NCBI GenBank assembly: GCA_001724265.1
Contig: MEDY01000137.1
Span: 1 to 64,000, forward strand
Source of the DNA: Rhizaria sp. SCN 62-66
Lineage: Eukaryota
Length of the DNA: 64,000 nucleotides
Direction: 5' to 3'
The first letter of the stretch is position 1, and each line of letters begins with the position of its first letter. The notes below the pieces were generated by a model. It worked only from the letters and a program-made list of their open reading frames with translations. It did not search any database and was not told the origin of the DNA. Shown here piece after piece: positions 13,185 to 26,199 of this stretch. The position numbers and the translations under genes are program-made.

Positions 13185-13983
13185 GCGGGCGAGAAACGGG
13201 ATGTAGGTCGCGTCCTCTGACGGCTCACTTCATGTGGAAGGGTACTTAGGGGCGCAAATTGCGGTTTTGTCTTCCTTTCTTGATTGAGTGGTATTGATTG
13301 ACTTTTGACGCTTTTGACGATTGTCTTAAAAGAGTGTTGCCTCATTTCATGACACTATATGCTCGTGGATCCTTGCGTTTAGTGTCGAGGGAGAAGTTTT
13401 AAGGAATAACTTATTGTCTTGCATTTGTTCTTGCATAAGTATCTATGGCCAGATACAAAAGCGAAAACCTTTATCATCATTCCATAAGCACTCATGGACA
13501 CAAGTACTCTGCGCAACGCCGTTGTTTACATAGTTGTGATTATTGTATTAGTAAGTCATGCGTCTGGGTTAAGGACACATTGTTGTTAAGATAAACAGAG
13601 CTTCCCTCAATTCAGTGTGGCTCACAGTTCACACGCATCATTGTGCATCTTGGTCGCAGCTTCTCCGTCGTTGTCGTATCCAGGAGCAGTTACATCCTTA
13701 CAGTTACATTCTTATACTTTAGCATGTGGCGTAAATGTAATGCACCATCTTTACGTGTTGAAGAAGATCATATAAAGCAACTTTAAGTTCTTGAACTATC
13801 GCTTGATTCCTTGTTTGTTTTGTTTTCGTCACTCATTTCATAAAATAAACCGTCTGACTTATATGCTGCGCCCTTCTCTTTGCCGCCACGCAACGTAGCA
13901 CGCTCTCTCTCGCGGCTCACGCCTCACAAGACTAGACACTCACTGTGTGCTGTGAATTGTGTGCCGTGGATGTAGCGGCGCAC

Positions 13984-14877
13984 TTAGTTCTGCTTCTGCT
14001 TCTTGGCGACGGCCTTACCCGCGGGCGTGAGGGCGAGGCGGACGACGGCGCAGATGAGCAGCGTCAGGGGGGTCATGATCGAGTCGTTGAAGGCAGCGTG
14101 GAGGTAGATCGCGCCGGCCATGATGGCAATAAAGCCCAGGGAGGCAAATGTGCCGAGGGACTTGGGCAGGATCCAGGGAGAGAGGACGACGGCGACGGCG
14201 CCGAGCACCTCGGAGGCGCCAATGACTAAGAGCGAAAGAAGATCAAAAATGGGGAAGAGAGGTAGGTTAGTGATTGAAAGCAAGATATATGATGTGAATA
14301 CCAAATGATTCCATTATACCTCCGAATTGTTTGGATTTACGAACATATGCGTGGTCAATTGCACTGTTTAGTGGGGAACGTACTGGTGCGCATGATGTCG
14401 CCGGAGGGGAGGAGGTTGCCGAAGATGGGGGCGAAAACCTTGGGCCAGTGCTGGCTAGCACCAACCTGGGGATATGCAAAAAGCACAGCAAGTGGAAAAT
14501 GATGGTCATGATGAGGAAAGTTAGTGTGATAGTGTTCGTATACGTGTCATGTGAGCTTCCGGAGCTGAGTCAGCGGTGTGAGGGACTAAACGCCGAAAAG
14601 TGCATTATCCCGCGCAAAGTGCATTAAATCTTTTCAAAACCAACTCCTGCTGTAGAAAAACTACGCAAGTATATAATTGTAAAGGACTATGCAAATGTGT
14701 GCTCATTTGAAAGAGTTATTGGAGGGTTTAATGAAGGGTTGGGAGGGTTTGGTGACGTACGAGATACTCGTGCATGGTGGGGTCGATGGGGTAGAGCTTG
14801 TTGCCGCCGGCCATCGCGAACACAAAGGCGAGGTAGCACGACACGCCAATAAAGACAATGTTCTTGATCAGAGACAT
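13984..14877 (-). CDS. DoxX-family / TMEM35(NACHO)-like 4-TM membrane protein, 3 exons
   Basis: Spliced product MSLIKNIVFIGVSCYLAFVFAMAGGNKL...IIGASEVLGAV...IMAGAIYLH...KKQKQN fits the DoxX G-x-x-K, G-x-x-E and H pattern and has a basic tail. Ends in TAA. Confidence 0.7.
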
Positions 14878-15569
14878 CTCGAAGTTGGGGAGACTGCGGT
14901 TAAGAGATCCGGAGGGAAAGGGACAGGGGGCGAGAAGGGGGATGAGTCACATGGGGGCGGCGCGGAGTTCAGTTTGCATTTCGCGATACATACTCCTCGG
15001 ATCGCAATTCTAGAAATCAATCCTGATACAAAACCGCGATATACACCTTATATCACAAAATAAGGCCCGTCAACGATTGTTTTACTAAGATATGTCCCCC
15101 TAAACGAGGTGATGCCCTTTCGCCCACAGAGCTGGACCGAACTCTTTGGGCCTCAACAAAACCGCCTAGTGTTGGTCAAAATTGGAGTAGGGCGAGCGAG
15201 TGGCGATTTAATCTTTTTCGCGAACCCTGCCTTGCTGCTGTCAGAAAGTGATTGACTAACCGACCGCTGCTACAAGTAACGACTTCTTGGAGTGTAACAA
15301 AACCGCGTAATTCTCCTCACAAGCTCCGTTAAATGAAGCTTCCGTTGCATTATAGACGAATTGTGCTACTGATATATTACATCGTTTAATTGCCCCCTTT
15401 TAAACGCTTATCTACCTCTCATGCTCATCTTGCGATTACCCAACTATTGACTCTTTGTTTCCTTGTGCTCGCCTGGCTTCCAGCTTTACCCCTTCGTGAG
15501 CCACCAGACCCAGCTCTGAGAGCATCGACCTCCACCGACTTTTCCGCAGCCCGCGTAGCCCAGCGCAGC

Positions 15570-17397
15570 ATGCCCCCGAAGCCCGCGACGGGGAAGGACG
15601 CCAAGAAGGGCGCCGCGACGGGCAAGAAGCCCGTTGCAGTGGCCGACGCCGATGAGTTCGACGTCCTTAACGAGGAGCAGCTCCAGGATGAGCTCAAGAA
15701 GTCAATCCACAAGCTCAATGAGATTCGCCGCTCACGCAACTACTACCAGCTTGAACGCGTACGTCTTGATACTCCACATCCGCGAACAAGACTCTTATCG
15801 AGCTTCTCATCAAGCTGTCTTTTCGTTTCTTGCCAGCTTTACATGTTTCATGCCGCCTAGCAGCCAAATCGATTTTAAATCATGTATAACTTGATTATGT
15901 TATGAAAAATGTGATTATTCAACCAATCGCGAATGTTCACCTCAAATTGCCACCGCCCTGACCGCCTATTGTTTTGCATTGCACAGGACCAACTGCACAA
16001 GTACTACACGGTTGTGCAAGATGAAGTGACCAAGACCAAGTCACACGTGCTCAACATCGAGGCCCAGATGGAGCGCCTTCAAGACACGCACCAGAATCAC
16101 ATTCGGCTGTACTTGCAGCGCGTGGTGCACTTGGAGTATGAACATGCCAACAACTCTGACGCCATCAAGGCGGTCGGCGACAAGGAGCGCGCAGACGAGG
16201 AAAACGTGCGCCAGCAGAAGAAGGCGTTGCTGCAGAAGCTCAAGCTGCAGTTGCGGGCCGAGCTGGAGAAAGAGGAGCTGCAGTACGAGGACGAGATCCG
16301 GAACTTGCGCGACATCGAGCGCAAGGAGGTGGCGAAGCTGCGCGAGCGGTTCGAGAAGAACCAGCAGCAGCTCAAGGATCAGTACGACGCGTCGCTTAAG
16401 CAGCAGAAGGAGGACTTGCTGCTGCAGACCAAGGTCGAGCTGCACTCGATTGAGGAGCGGCGCAATTCGCACATTAACATGCTCATCTGGAACCATGAGG
16501 CCAAGTTCGAGGAGGTCCGCGCGTACTTCAACGCTGTCACGCGCGACAACCTCAAGCTCATCGACTCGCTCAACAGCCGGATCTCGGAGCTGCGCGAGCG
16601 GCAGCGCGTGAATGAGCAGACCGTGGACGACCTTGACCACAAGAACCAGCTGATCCAGGCCCCGCTGCGCGAGGTCGAGGCGCGGCTCAAGGTGCTGCAC
16701 CAACAGCTCCATAGCTACAAGAAGGACCAGTTCTCGCTTCGTCACACTCGGTACGGTGTTCACTTTTCTAACAACAAAGTTTTGCTTGAAAGTAACTGCT
16801 ATATTCAATGCCTTGTGTGAAAATCTATTTGTTTTCTGAATTTTGTGTTAGTATGTGCATATTTACGCTCACAATGCTATGTTTTGTGTAAATCCTTATT
16901 TTCACGTCTTTAGGGCGCGCAAGGCTGCGCTGACGAAGCAGCTCGCGGCAGCGGTGGAGAGCCACCACACGCTGTGCGCGGAGCTGCGCGAGGTGCAGCG
17001 GCAGCGCGACGTGCTGTACACGACGTTCGAGGACGTGGTGCTGTCTGTGCAGGCGCAGGCCGAGGGCCGCAACGACGCGCTGGGACACATGTTGCACTCG
17101 CTGCAGGATCAGTACCGCGTCAAGAATGCTCAGTTCGGCGCCGTGCTGCGCGCGTCGTCGCTAGACCCCGTGGTGCTACAGAACGTGACGCGCAAGCTCG
17201 ACGACGTGCTCACGGCCAAGAACGAGCAGATCGACGAGCTGCGCTACGAGGTGGCCAAGGTCACCAAAGCCCACAACGACTTGGTGCGGGTGTACGAGAC
17301 GAAGCTGGCCGCGCTGGGGGTGCCCAAGGGGGAGCTCAACATCGAGCCCAGCATTGGGCTGGCCAATACGGTGCCCGCCAACCTCGTCATGTCGTGA
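15570..17397 (+). CDS. GAS8: Dynein regulatory complex subunit 4 (GAS8/DRC4/trypanin), 3 exons
   Basis: MPPK start; RNYYQLER|DQL; VVHLEYEH; IEERRNSHINMLIWNHEAKFEEVRAYFN; LRYEVAKVTKAHNDLVRVYETKL. Ends in TGA. Confidence 0.92.
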
Positions 17398-18338
17398 AGT
17401 GTGTTTGAGAACACAGTGTTTCATTACTCAGAAACGTGATGAGCTGCGATCAGGCCAGCGTGGTTGCGAGTAGATGTTGATATGGATAGATCTCCACGTT
17501 GGTAAATACGTGGTTTCTATGTACAAAATAGTAATAAATAGCTGTATTTTTAGTGTATTATTTGCTACAGTTTATAATGATGTGTATGAACCTGGATTTT
17601 GGCATTTTGACGGAATTGAGTGGGCCGAAAAATGCAATGCATTTCCGTAATTTTTCGGTCGGGCTGCCGGTCACTGTTTGGTCTGATCTCGATCGAGAAG
17701 TGTCGTTTGTGGCGCGTCTGGTGCGTGGCCGAGTTTGCTGATTCAAGCCTAGTCCTTAAATCTTGGAAGACCTTACTTTGATATCAGTTGTACAATTTCT
17801 GTTACTCTTACAATGCTTGTTCCGAGGTGCTGCGTCATCGTTTGTAATGAGCCGCGATCCCTCTCGAGAGCGCGTCTCGGAGCAGGCGGAGCAGGGCACC
17901 ACGCCAACCGCACTGTGTCCTCAGAGCCCCCCGCGGACGTCTGTTAACGCTGCTACTGCGGTGCTACAACAGATCAAGCTGTGGTGTATCTGTCGAAACG
18001 CTTGCAGTGCTTGCGTGCGCGCTCTTGGCTTCTGTTGCGTGTCCTCAAACACCCATCCCAAACTTTCTCTCGAACATGCCCCATTCCAACTCTTTCATTT
18101 CCCATACTCACCGCAATACTTCCTTTGCTCACTCGCCTTGCTAATATTATTTCCTGTTATAGACCCAACTTTCGCTCCACCGAGCTCACTCAGCTTTCTT
18201 TTCTTCCCCCGAAAAGCAAAGCTTACAATCCGAGTCTCGCTCTCACACAGCCAGCCAGTCTCTCTCTCCGCCCCCACACTCTCTCGCGCGCGCTCACCCC
18301 CCGCGCTTGTTACTCCGCACACTCCCCACCCCGCAACG

Positions 18339-19012
18339 ATGAGTGCCACCAACGACGCCCTGACCGAGTCCGGCGACGACTTGGACTGGATCCAATGGTT
18401 CTGCGCCCTTAAGGGCAACGAGTTCTTCGTCAACGTCGAGACCAACTTCATCGCCGACGCCTTCAACCTCACCGGGCTGTCGACGCAGGTCGAGCACTAC
18501 GACCTCGCCATCGACATCATCCTCGACGAGGACCTCGAGGCGGGCGTCCCGGCCGATCAGCAGGACGCTGTCGAGTCCGCGGCCGAGAACCTCTACGGGC
18601 TGATTCATGCGCGCTACATTCTCACGTCGCGCGGCCTGACCGCCATGTACGACAAGTACAAGAACGGCGACTTCGGCCGCTGCACGCGCGTCTACTGCCG
18701 CGGCGCGCCGATGCTGCCCGTGGGCATCTCGGACACCACGCAGCAGGACTGCGTGAAGCTGTACTGCCCGCGCTGCGACGAGGTCTACTCGCCTCGCTCA
18801 GCGCGCCACCAGCACATCGACGGCGCCTACTTCGGCACCACGTTTCCGCACCTCTTCTTCCTGACGTTTCCCGAGCTCAAGCCCTCGGCCGAGTCGCGCC
18901 AGGTCTACGAGCCGCGCGTGTACGGCTTCAAGCTCAACAAACGCGCCTACGAGCTTGCGCTCGAAGCCAAGGAGGCCGCGGACGCCGAGACCAACGCCGC
19001 CAACGCCGCCGC

Positions 19013-19043
<31 letters not shown>

Positions 19044-19091
19044 GCGGCCGCGCTTGCGCAGCAGCAGGCTGCGGCGGCTGGTCAGCGTTGA
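18339..19091 (+). CDS. CKB1: Casein kinase II regulatory subunit beta
   Basis: WIQWFCALKGNEFF, LYGLIHARYILT, GDFGRCTRVYC, KLYCPRC, IDGAYFGTTFPHLF, YEPRVYGFK. Intronless; ends in TGA. Confidence 0.96.
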
Positions 19092-19412
19092 AGTGGCTCG
19101 AATCACGGTGCAAATCGAATCGAATTGAGTCGAGAGTTTGGAGTTGAGTTGACTGGTATGCGTTATTGAAATTGGCCAGAGTAGTTGATCAATGCAAAAC
19201 TGTAAAATGAAGAACGATATATGTGTAGAACGGTGTATATAATAAATATATCAATTGTTTAATTCTTCCTCCCTTAAACTACGCTATGTATAAGTGCGCT
19301 TTAGGATGTTTGTCTTGCTAATGATACTCAAAGTCGAAATCTATGTATTTCTAAGATAGCTCTAGATATGAAATGTGTTATTTAACTCAAGTACATGGCT
19401 GTTTTCGTTCCA

Positions 19413-22400
19413 TTACTCTTTAAAGTCATCAGACGCGCCGTCGTCGCCGCCATCGTCGTCACCCCAATCCCAGCCGTCGGCCACGGGCACGATACCGCCC
19501 TGGCCCTCAAGCTCCTTCAGCCGCCGCTGCTGCTCCACCGTCAGCTCCACCGCTGCGCGCGCGCCACCGCCACCACCGCCGCCGCGGTCGTTGTTGTTGC
19601 CTGCAGCGGCAGCGCGGGGCTGCTGTTGCCAGGGACGTTGTAGCTGTCCATGTCGCGCGTTGTTGTTGGGGTAGCGAGGGTCGCCCACGCTGCCGCTGCC
19701 CTGGTGACGTTGCTGCTGCTGTTGTTGCTGCACCAGCGCCGGCTGGTTGCGGCGCGGCTGCGTCGCCCTCGGCGTGAACACCGGAGGAGCTGTGGTACTT
19801 AGACCAGCGCTACTTACACTCACACCCGGAATGCGCTTGCCATCACCATGCCTGGGGATTGGACGGGCACTGGCACTGCCACTCGTGGCAGGCAGGCTAG
19901 AGTAGGTAGATGCCGACGCACCGCCTGGAGCCGTCGTCTTCTTCGTGTTACCAATCGTGCCCGTCGCAGTTACAGCAGCTCCTGCCGCAGTGGAGGCTTT
20001 TGTAGGAGGACTCTTGACAACATCGCCGATAAACACGTCATCATCGTCGTCGTCATCATCAATAACAACTCTATGCGTCGCATTCGCTGCAGCGTTCCAA
20101 GAACCGGCGGCAGCTGCGTTGTTGTCATCGAAAATACCAACACCGACATCGTTTTCATCGTCGTCGTCATCGCTGAGCGAGACAGTCACAGGCCCGTCGC
20201 CGGCACGAGCGGCCGCCCGCGCCCGCGCCCGCGCGATGCTCCCCCCCACGCTCGCGCTCATCCGCGCACTTAGGCCGCCGCCAACGCCAACATCGGCACT
20301 CGCACGCTCTTTCGTCGCCGCCGCCGCCGCCGCCGTAGCCGCCTCGGCCGCAGCCGCAGCCGTCGCTTTCTCCTTGACGGCCATAGCGAGCAGTAACTTC
20401 GCTTGTTCGCGGATCTGCTCCTCCCGCTGCATCACAGCGGCTGCGGCTGCGCGCTGGCCCTGTACCATCTGCTGCTGCGCGGTCAGAAACGGAGACTGCA
20501 TCTGCTGCTGCATGTGCTGCATCTGCTGCGGCTGGTCAAACTGATGCCTCTGTTGCTGTTGCTGTTGATCCTGCTGTTGTAGGAGTTGCCGTCCTGTCGA
20601 CCGCTGTTGGGCGCTAGAGAATGCTGTGGCAAGACCGGCAGCATAACCCGCAGCTGAGGCTGCATTAGAGACGTTTTGTCCATGCGCAGACTGACCTTGG
20701 TAACGGCTGTAGACATTACCATGAGAGGCGTTGTCGAGAAAACTGCCACTTGAGCTGCGCCCGTTGTAGCTAACGTTGCCCATGCCGCCAGCAGGTCGGC
20801 TCGAGCTCACTGCGCTACCACTTTTGCTGCTGTTGTTAGCCGCGCTACTCTTTTTGCTCGTGCTTTCAATGGACCCGATCGTAACGCTCGACGCAAAGTT
20901 CTCTTGTTTCGCCTTGTGCATGCGCCGCTGGCGCGCAGCGTCCTCGCCCGCCACCGCGGCCGCAGCGTGGGCCGCGATTGCGCCGCGAGGCAGCTGCAGA
21001 GACTGGAGCAGCGATGCGAGGCGGTTGTGAGGCGTCAAGTCAACGTTGATGCTCGATGATGACGACGACGATGACAACGATGACGACGCACGGCTCTTTG
21101 CGTTGCCGCTATCGTCATCACTGCTAAGCACGATAGCATCGTCATCGTCATCGCCATTGTTATCGGCCGTGTTTTTGCCGGCATTCCGAGCGACCACCGG
21201 CGCGGCCTGACTTTGATTCCGCATCGGCGGCTCGCACGCAAAGTAGAGCTTCTCGTCCCCGTCACCCTTGAGCTCGCGGCTCGGCAGCAGCGCCACGTCA
21301 GCCTCCAGCTCCTTGACCGCGCGCTGCCACGCCACAGCGGCCTTAAGGTGGCTGATGACCTCGGCGGCGTTGGCCTCGGCCTCGCTGTTGCTGCTGTCGG
21401 TGCATACCGAGTCGCTCAGCCCTGCGAGCAACTGCTGCTGCGGACCCAGCTGATTCTGCTGCTGCTGCTGCTGCTGGCTCTGCTGCAGTTGTTGCGAGAG
21501 CTGTGCATGCACATGTGCGCGCAGCTGCTGCCGCTGCTGTCGGTCGAGCAGCCGCTGCGCGCGCCTCTGCGCTCGCTCGCGGGCGCGCCTGCGCAAAGCT
21601 TTAGCAACGCGGCGACGGGACAGCTTGCCGATGAGGCCGCCGTCGCCGCCGTCGCTGCTTCGCGAGGCGTGTTTCGCATGGGGGGGACTAGAGCTAGAGC
21701 TTGCTGGAATGTTATTTGCAGTCATCAAAGGAATGTGGTGAGGATTGCCGGCAGCAGAAGCATTACCGGCGGCCGCAGCAGCAGCAGCAGCGGCGGCGGC
21801 AACAGCGGCAGCTGGAACAGCTTGCGCCTCTGTGCTGACACCAGCGTTGCCACCGCTATAACCCGCCGGCCCGTGACCGTGACTCTGAGCCTGACTCTGA
21901 CTGTGATCGTGATTGTGATCGTGGCCGTGACCGTGCTGACGCGACTTACGGCCGCGCTTGCTGCCGTCGCCCTGACCGCTGCCGTTGAGTCCGAACAGGT
22001 CGGTCTGCGCCAGCGTCTCCAGCAGCGCGGCCATGGAGCTCGCGGCCCCAGCCCCGCCCGCGGCGGCCGACAGCTCCCGCAATGTGGGCAGCGCGGGGCG
22101 GTCGATCTCCACCGCGGCGATAAAGGGAAACGGCGCGGAGTCGGAGCAGCACAGCGTCGCACTCCACCGCGCGCGGGGCTGCGCAGCCGCAGCAGCACTG
22201 CTCGACTGCAGTCCAACCGCGTTGGCAGCGTTGTCATCGCTGTCACTACTGTTGTCATCCTCAGACCTGGAGGATGAGGCGTCGTTCGCGGCAGGCCTCT
22301 TGGCGGAGAGCGGCTTCATAGTGATGTGGCCGTCGATGTCGATATAAAACGGGTCTTCGCTGGCGTGCTGCTGCTTCTGCTGCTGCTCGCGGCGCTCCTG

Positions 22401-25338
22401 GCGCTGCAGCCGCCGCAGGTGCCGCTGCTCGTCCTTCCGCAGCTTCTTGGTCATGGTCACGTAGCGCTTGCGCGAGGCCGCCTTGCCGACCGCGACGGCG
22501 CGCATGAAGCTGCGCGCGTGGTCGCGGGCCTGGAAGTCGTAGTCGTCTTCGGGAGCGGCCTCTTTTTCTGCGTCCTTGCGGTCTTCGTTGTCACTTGCAT
22601 TCGCTCCAGCGTCGCCAGCCTTCTTCTCAGGTGAGTTGGTGTTGCTGGTGTTGTTGTTGTTGTTACGGGGGGCATGGATAAACGCACGAAGTGGGAGGAG
22701 TGCGCTGATGTCAGTCACCGGCGTGACATTGTTCTTCTTCCTGGAGACAAAGCAGAACACAAAGACACAAACAAATATGAGCATTCATATCGACTCACTC
22801 GGGGACGGAAATTTTAAACATAAAATTTAAATAAAATTGTGAAATTTAAGTCTCCATCAAAAGTATCAAGACATTATACTTTGATATTACATTGACGATG
22901 CAATGCAACGTACCGAATCGCCTCGAGCGCGGCGTTGCTGTTGGTCGCAATAACCTGGTTCGCCGCCGCAGCCGTCGCCCGCGTGAGCGTGGTCGGGTCC
23001 GCGTCTAGCCAGTCAATCAAACTCGGTGTCCAAGCATCGCGCGCATCCGCACCGGCGGCCCCGCCTCGTCCAGTGCCCGCAGTCACGCCAGAGCTGACTC
23101 CCGCGGCGACTGACGCTGCACCAGTGCCAACGCCAGAGCCAGCGCCAGCGCCGGCGACGCCGCTGATCGCGCCCGCGACAGTGCGTCTGCCGCCGCCGCT
23201 GGCGTTGGCGTTGGCGGCGGCCGTGGCGGCGGCGGCCACGATCTCGACGGCCTGCGCGCGCCTGCTGGCCACAGCGCTAAGCCCCACGTCGACCGCGAAC
23301 GCGACGCGGCCAGCGCCCAGCGCGAGCCAGGAGATGGCGGCGCGCGAGGCTGAGTCCAGCTCCGGCCAGTGCAGCCCGTGCGCCGCGATGCGCAGCGCCG
23401 TCAGCGGGTCAGACAGCGCGCGCGGCGGCGCCCAGAAGCTAAGTCGCGCGCGGGACCAGAGGCCGGCTTCGTGTGTGTCTAAGTACCCCCTTAGCCCGCC
23501 ACCCGCGGGAGTCGCGGTAGCAGCCTGCTCCGCGTGTAAGTGTCCCGTGGTGGGGTTGTGTAAGTACCCCAGCGCGCGCGGCGGCGCAACTGTGAGCTTA
23601 GTCGCCGCGTTGAGCAGTAGCGCCAGCCGCGCCGCGCGCTGTGTCTCGCGCACGTGCGCGTCGGCGAGCTTGGTGAGGCAGCTGTCGCAGTAGGTGTTCC
23701 AGAACGACTGCACGCGCGCGCACGCGGGACAGCGGATACACGTCGGCTGTGGCGGCGCGGCGGCCTCGGCGGCCCGCGGCTGCCGCGTCGGCGTGCGGCC
23801 GGGACCTACGTAGCGCGCGAGGCCCGCGCTGGGCCACGGCAGCGCAGGGGATGGCACGCCGAGTGCGACGCCGCCGACCACGTCCGCGTGCGTCGCCTGC
23901 AGCAGCAGCGACGACGACTTGGCGCGCACACCGCTGCTGCTGCTGACACTGCTGTTACTTCCCGCAAAACGCGGTGCAGACTGACCGAAGCTGATAGAAC
24001 CAGCGTGCAGATAGCTGCCCCCAGCCACCGCAGCAGAATAGCTGTTGTTGCTGTGGATGCCGCTGTTATGGCTCGGCACGTGAGTGCGCGGCAGCGAGCT
24101 GGGCAGCACGCCGCCCGACGACGCCAGGATCCACAGCGCGCGCACTAGCCGCTCCGTGTCCGTCGCGTTCTGGCCGCCCTTCTGCATGAACCGGGAGGTC
24201 GACGCGCGCCCGCTGCTGTTGATGCCCCCGCCGCCGCCACCACGGCCGCCGCGGCCCCCGCGCCCGCCGCGTCCACCGCGGCCGGCGCCGCCGTTGGAAG
24301 CGGAGAAGTTGGCCGTGACGATCTGCCGCACGAGCGCCTCCGCGGCCAAGTGCTCACGATCGGCGGCGTCGGCGGCGGCGTCTTCGGCGCTGCCGTCGCC
24401 CGGTTTGCTGCGGGGGGCAGCGCGGCGGTGCCTGGACTTCACGCGTTCGCCACCCGCGTCGCCATCGTCGCCTGAGACAGAGGAGTTATCCGGCGAGGAA
24501 GACGGCGATGACGATGAAGATAATGAGTCGCTGTCGCCGTTGTCGACGTCAGTCCCGCTCCAGAACCCCCCGCCGGAGCCGACGCCGGTGAGCCCCTTGC
24601 TCTCGGCGCCGGCGCCCTTGACGGCAGCATCAGCGACCTCGCGCAGCGGCGCCGGGACAGCCCAGCCGCCGTGCTTGGCCTTGTCCAGCTGCATGCGCAG
24701 CACGTGCTCCTCGAGCGTCGCCGCCATAACAAGCCGCGTGACGATGACGGGCCGCAGCTGGGTCGCGCGGTAGCTGCGGAAGGCGGCTTGAAGGTCGTGG
24801 GACGCGTTCCAGGACACATCAATAAGGATGACGCGGTTGGCCCAGCTCAGATCTAAGCCTTCGCCACACAGGGTTGACAGAAGAAGCACGTCAACAGAGG
24901 CAGACGCGGTGGCCGTATCGATTTCATCCTGCATTGCCTCTTGGTCATTCTCATCGTCATCGTCGTCATTTTCGTCGTCATCATCGTCGTTTTGGTCATT
25001 ATCGTCGTCGTCATCATCGTCATTGTTGTCATCGTTATCGTCGTCGTCATTGTCGTTGATAGAGGCACGACGCCTGCGCTGCAATGCTGACTTTGCTGAT
25101 GTTTTACTCAGACTCTTCAAACCCTTCCCTTTGCTCTTTGTCCCCTTCGTAGACTTCGCAGAATCCTTCTTCTCGCTACTGTTACTATCAACGCCGCCGC
25201 CGCGGTACAGCTTCGTCATCGCCGCGCGCTCACTGTGCGGCGTCTGCCCGGTAACAACGCGCGCAACAAGGGCCCGCGGCACGCAGCCCCACGGCGGCAG
25301 CGACGGGTGGTGTAAGGGCGCGTTGGCGTCGTGTAAGG

Positions 25339-25376
<38 letters not shown>

Positions 25377-26150
25377 GCAGCAGCAGCCGCGGAGGCTAAG
25401 GGGGTACTTACATCGATGCGACCACCGCTAGCACTCGCATTCGCATTACTTGCGCTTGCACGTGCAGAGCTAGAGCTACTGTTCGTCGCGTTCACGCCCA
25501 GGACATCGACCCCCGGCGGCGGCGGCGGCGGCGCCGCGCTACGCCCCTGCTGCCTCAGCACCGCGGCGACGGCGCTGTTGCGCAGCGCGAGCGCGTCGGC
25601 GGTCGCGTGCAGCACGCCCTGCCAGCGCGAGCACACGATGACGCGGTCGCCGGCTGCCGCCGCGGTCTCCAGCAGGCACAGCAGCGCCCAGAGCTTGCTA
25701 CCCTCGCGCGCCGCGGCTAGTGTGGGGATGCACACCGCGCAGGCCGGGTCGGCGAAGGGCTGGGAGAGCGGCGTCAGCGGCTGGGAGTGCAGCGGCGTGC
25801 CGCGCCAGTCGCCGTCAAGCAGCGACAGCTCGGCCTGGTCGGCCTCATCGCTGCCGTCGGTGAAGCTGCTCGGCGTTGCTTGGCCCGGCGGGCTGCTGAA
25901 GTTAGGCCGCGTGGGGAGCTTGCGGCGGCCGTCGCTGGGGTGCGGCCAACCCGGTGGCAGCGGCATGTCAGCCATGAGTAGAGAGCGGATGTACACGTTG
26001 GGATGGAAGCCGAGCATCGCGGACATAGCGTATAAAGCGAGTGCGTTGGTCGACCCGTGGCGCATCGGCAGTTCATCGTCGTCACCGTCTCTGTTTTTCG
26101 CGTTGTCAGCAGCACCACTGCCTTCAGTGACGCCACTTGTCGTCCAGGGG

Positions 26151-26199
<49 letters not shown>

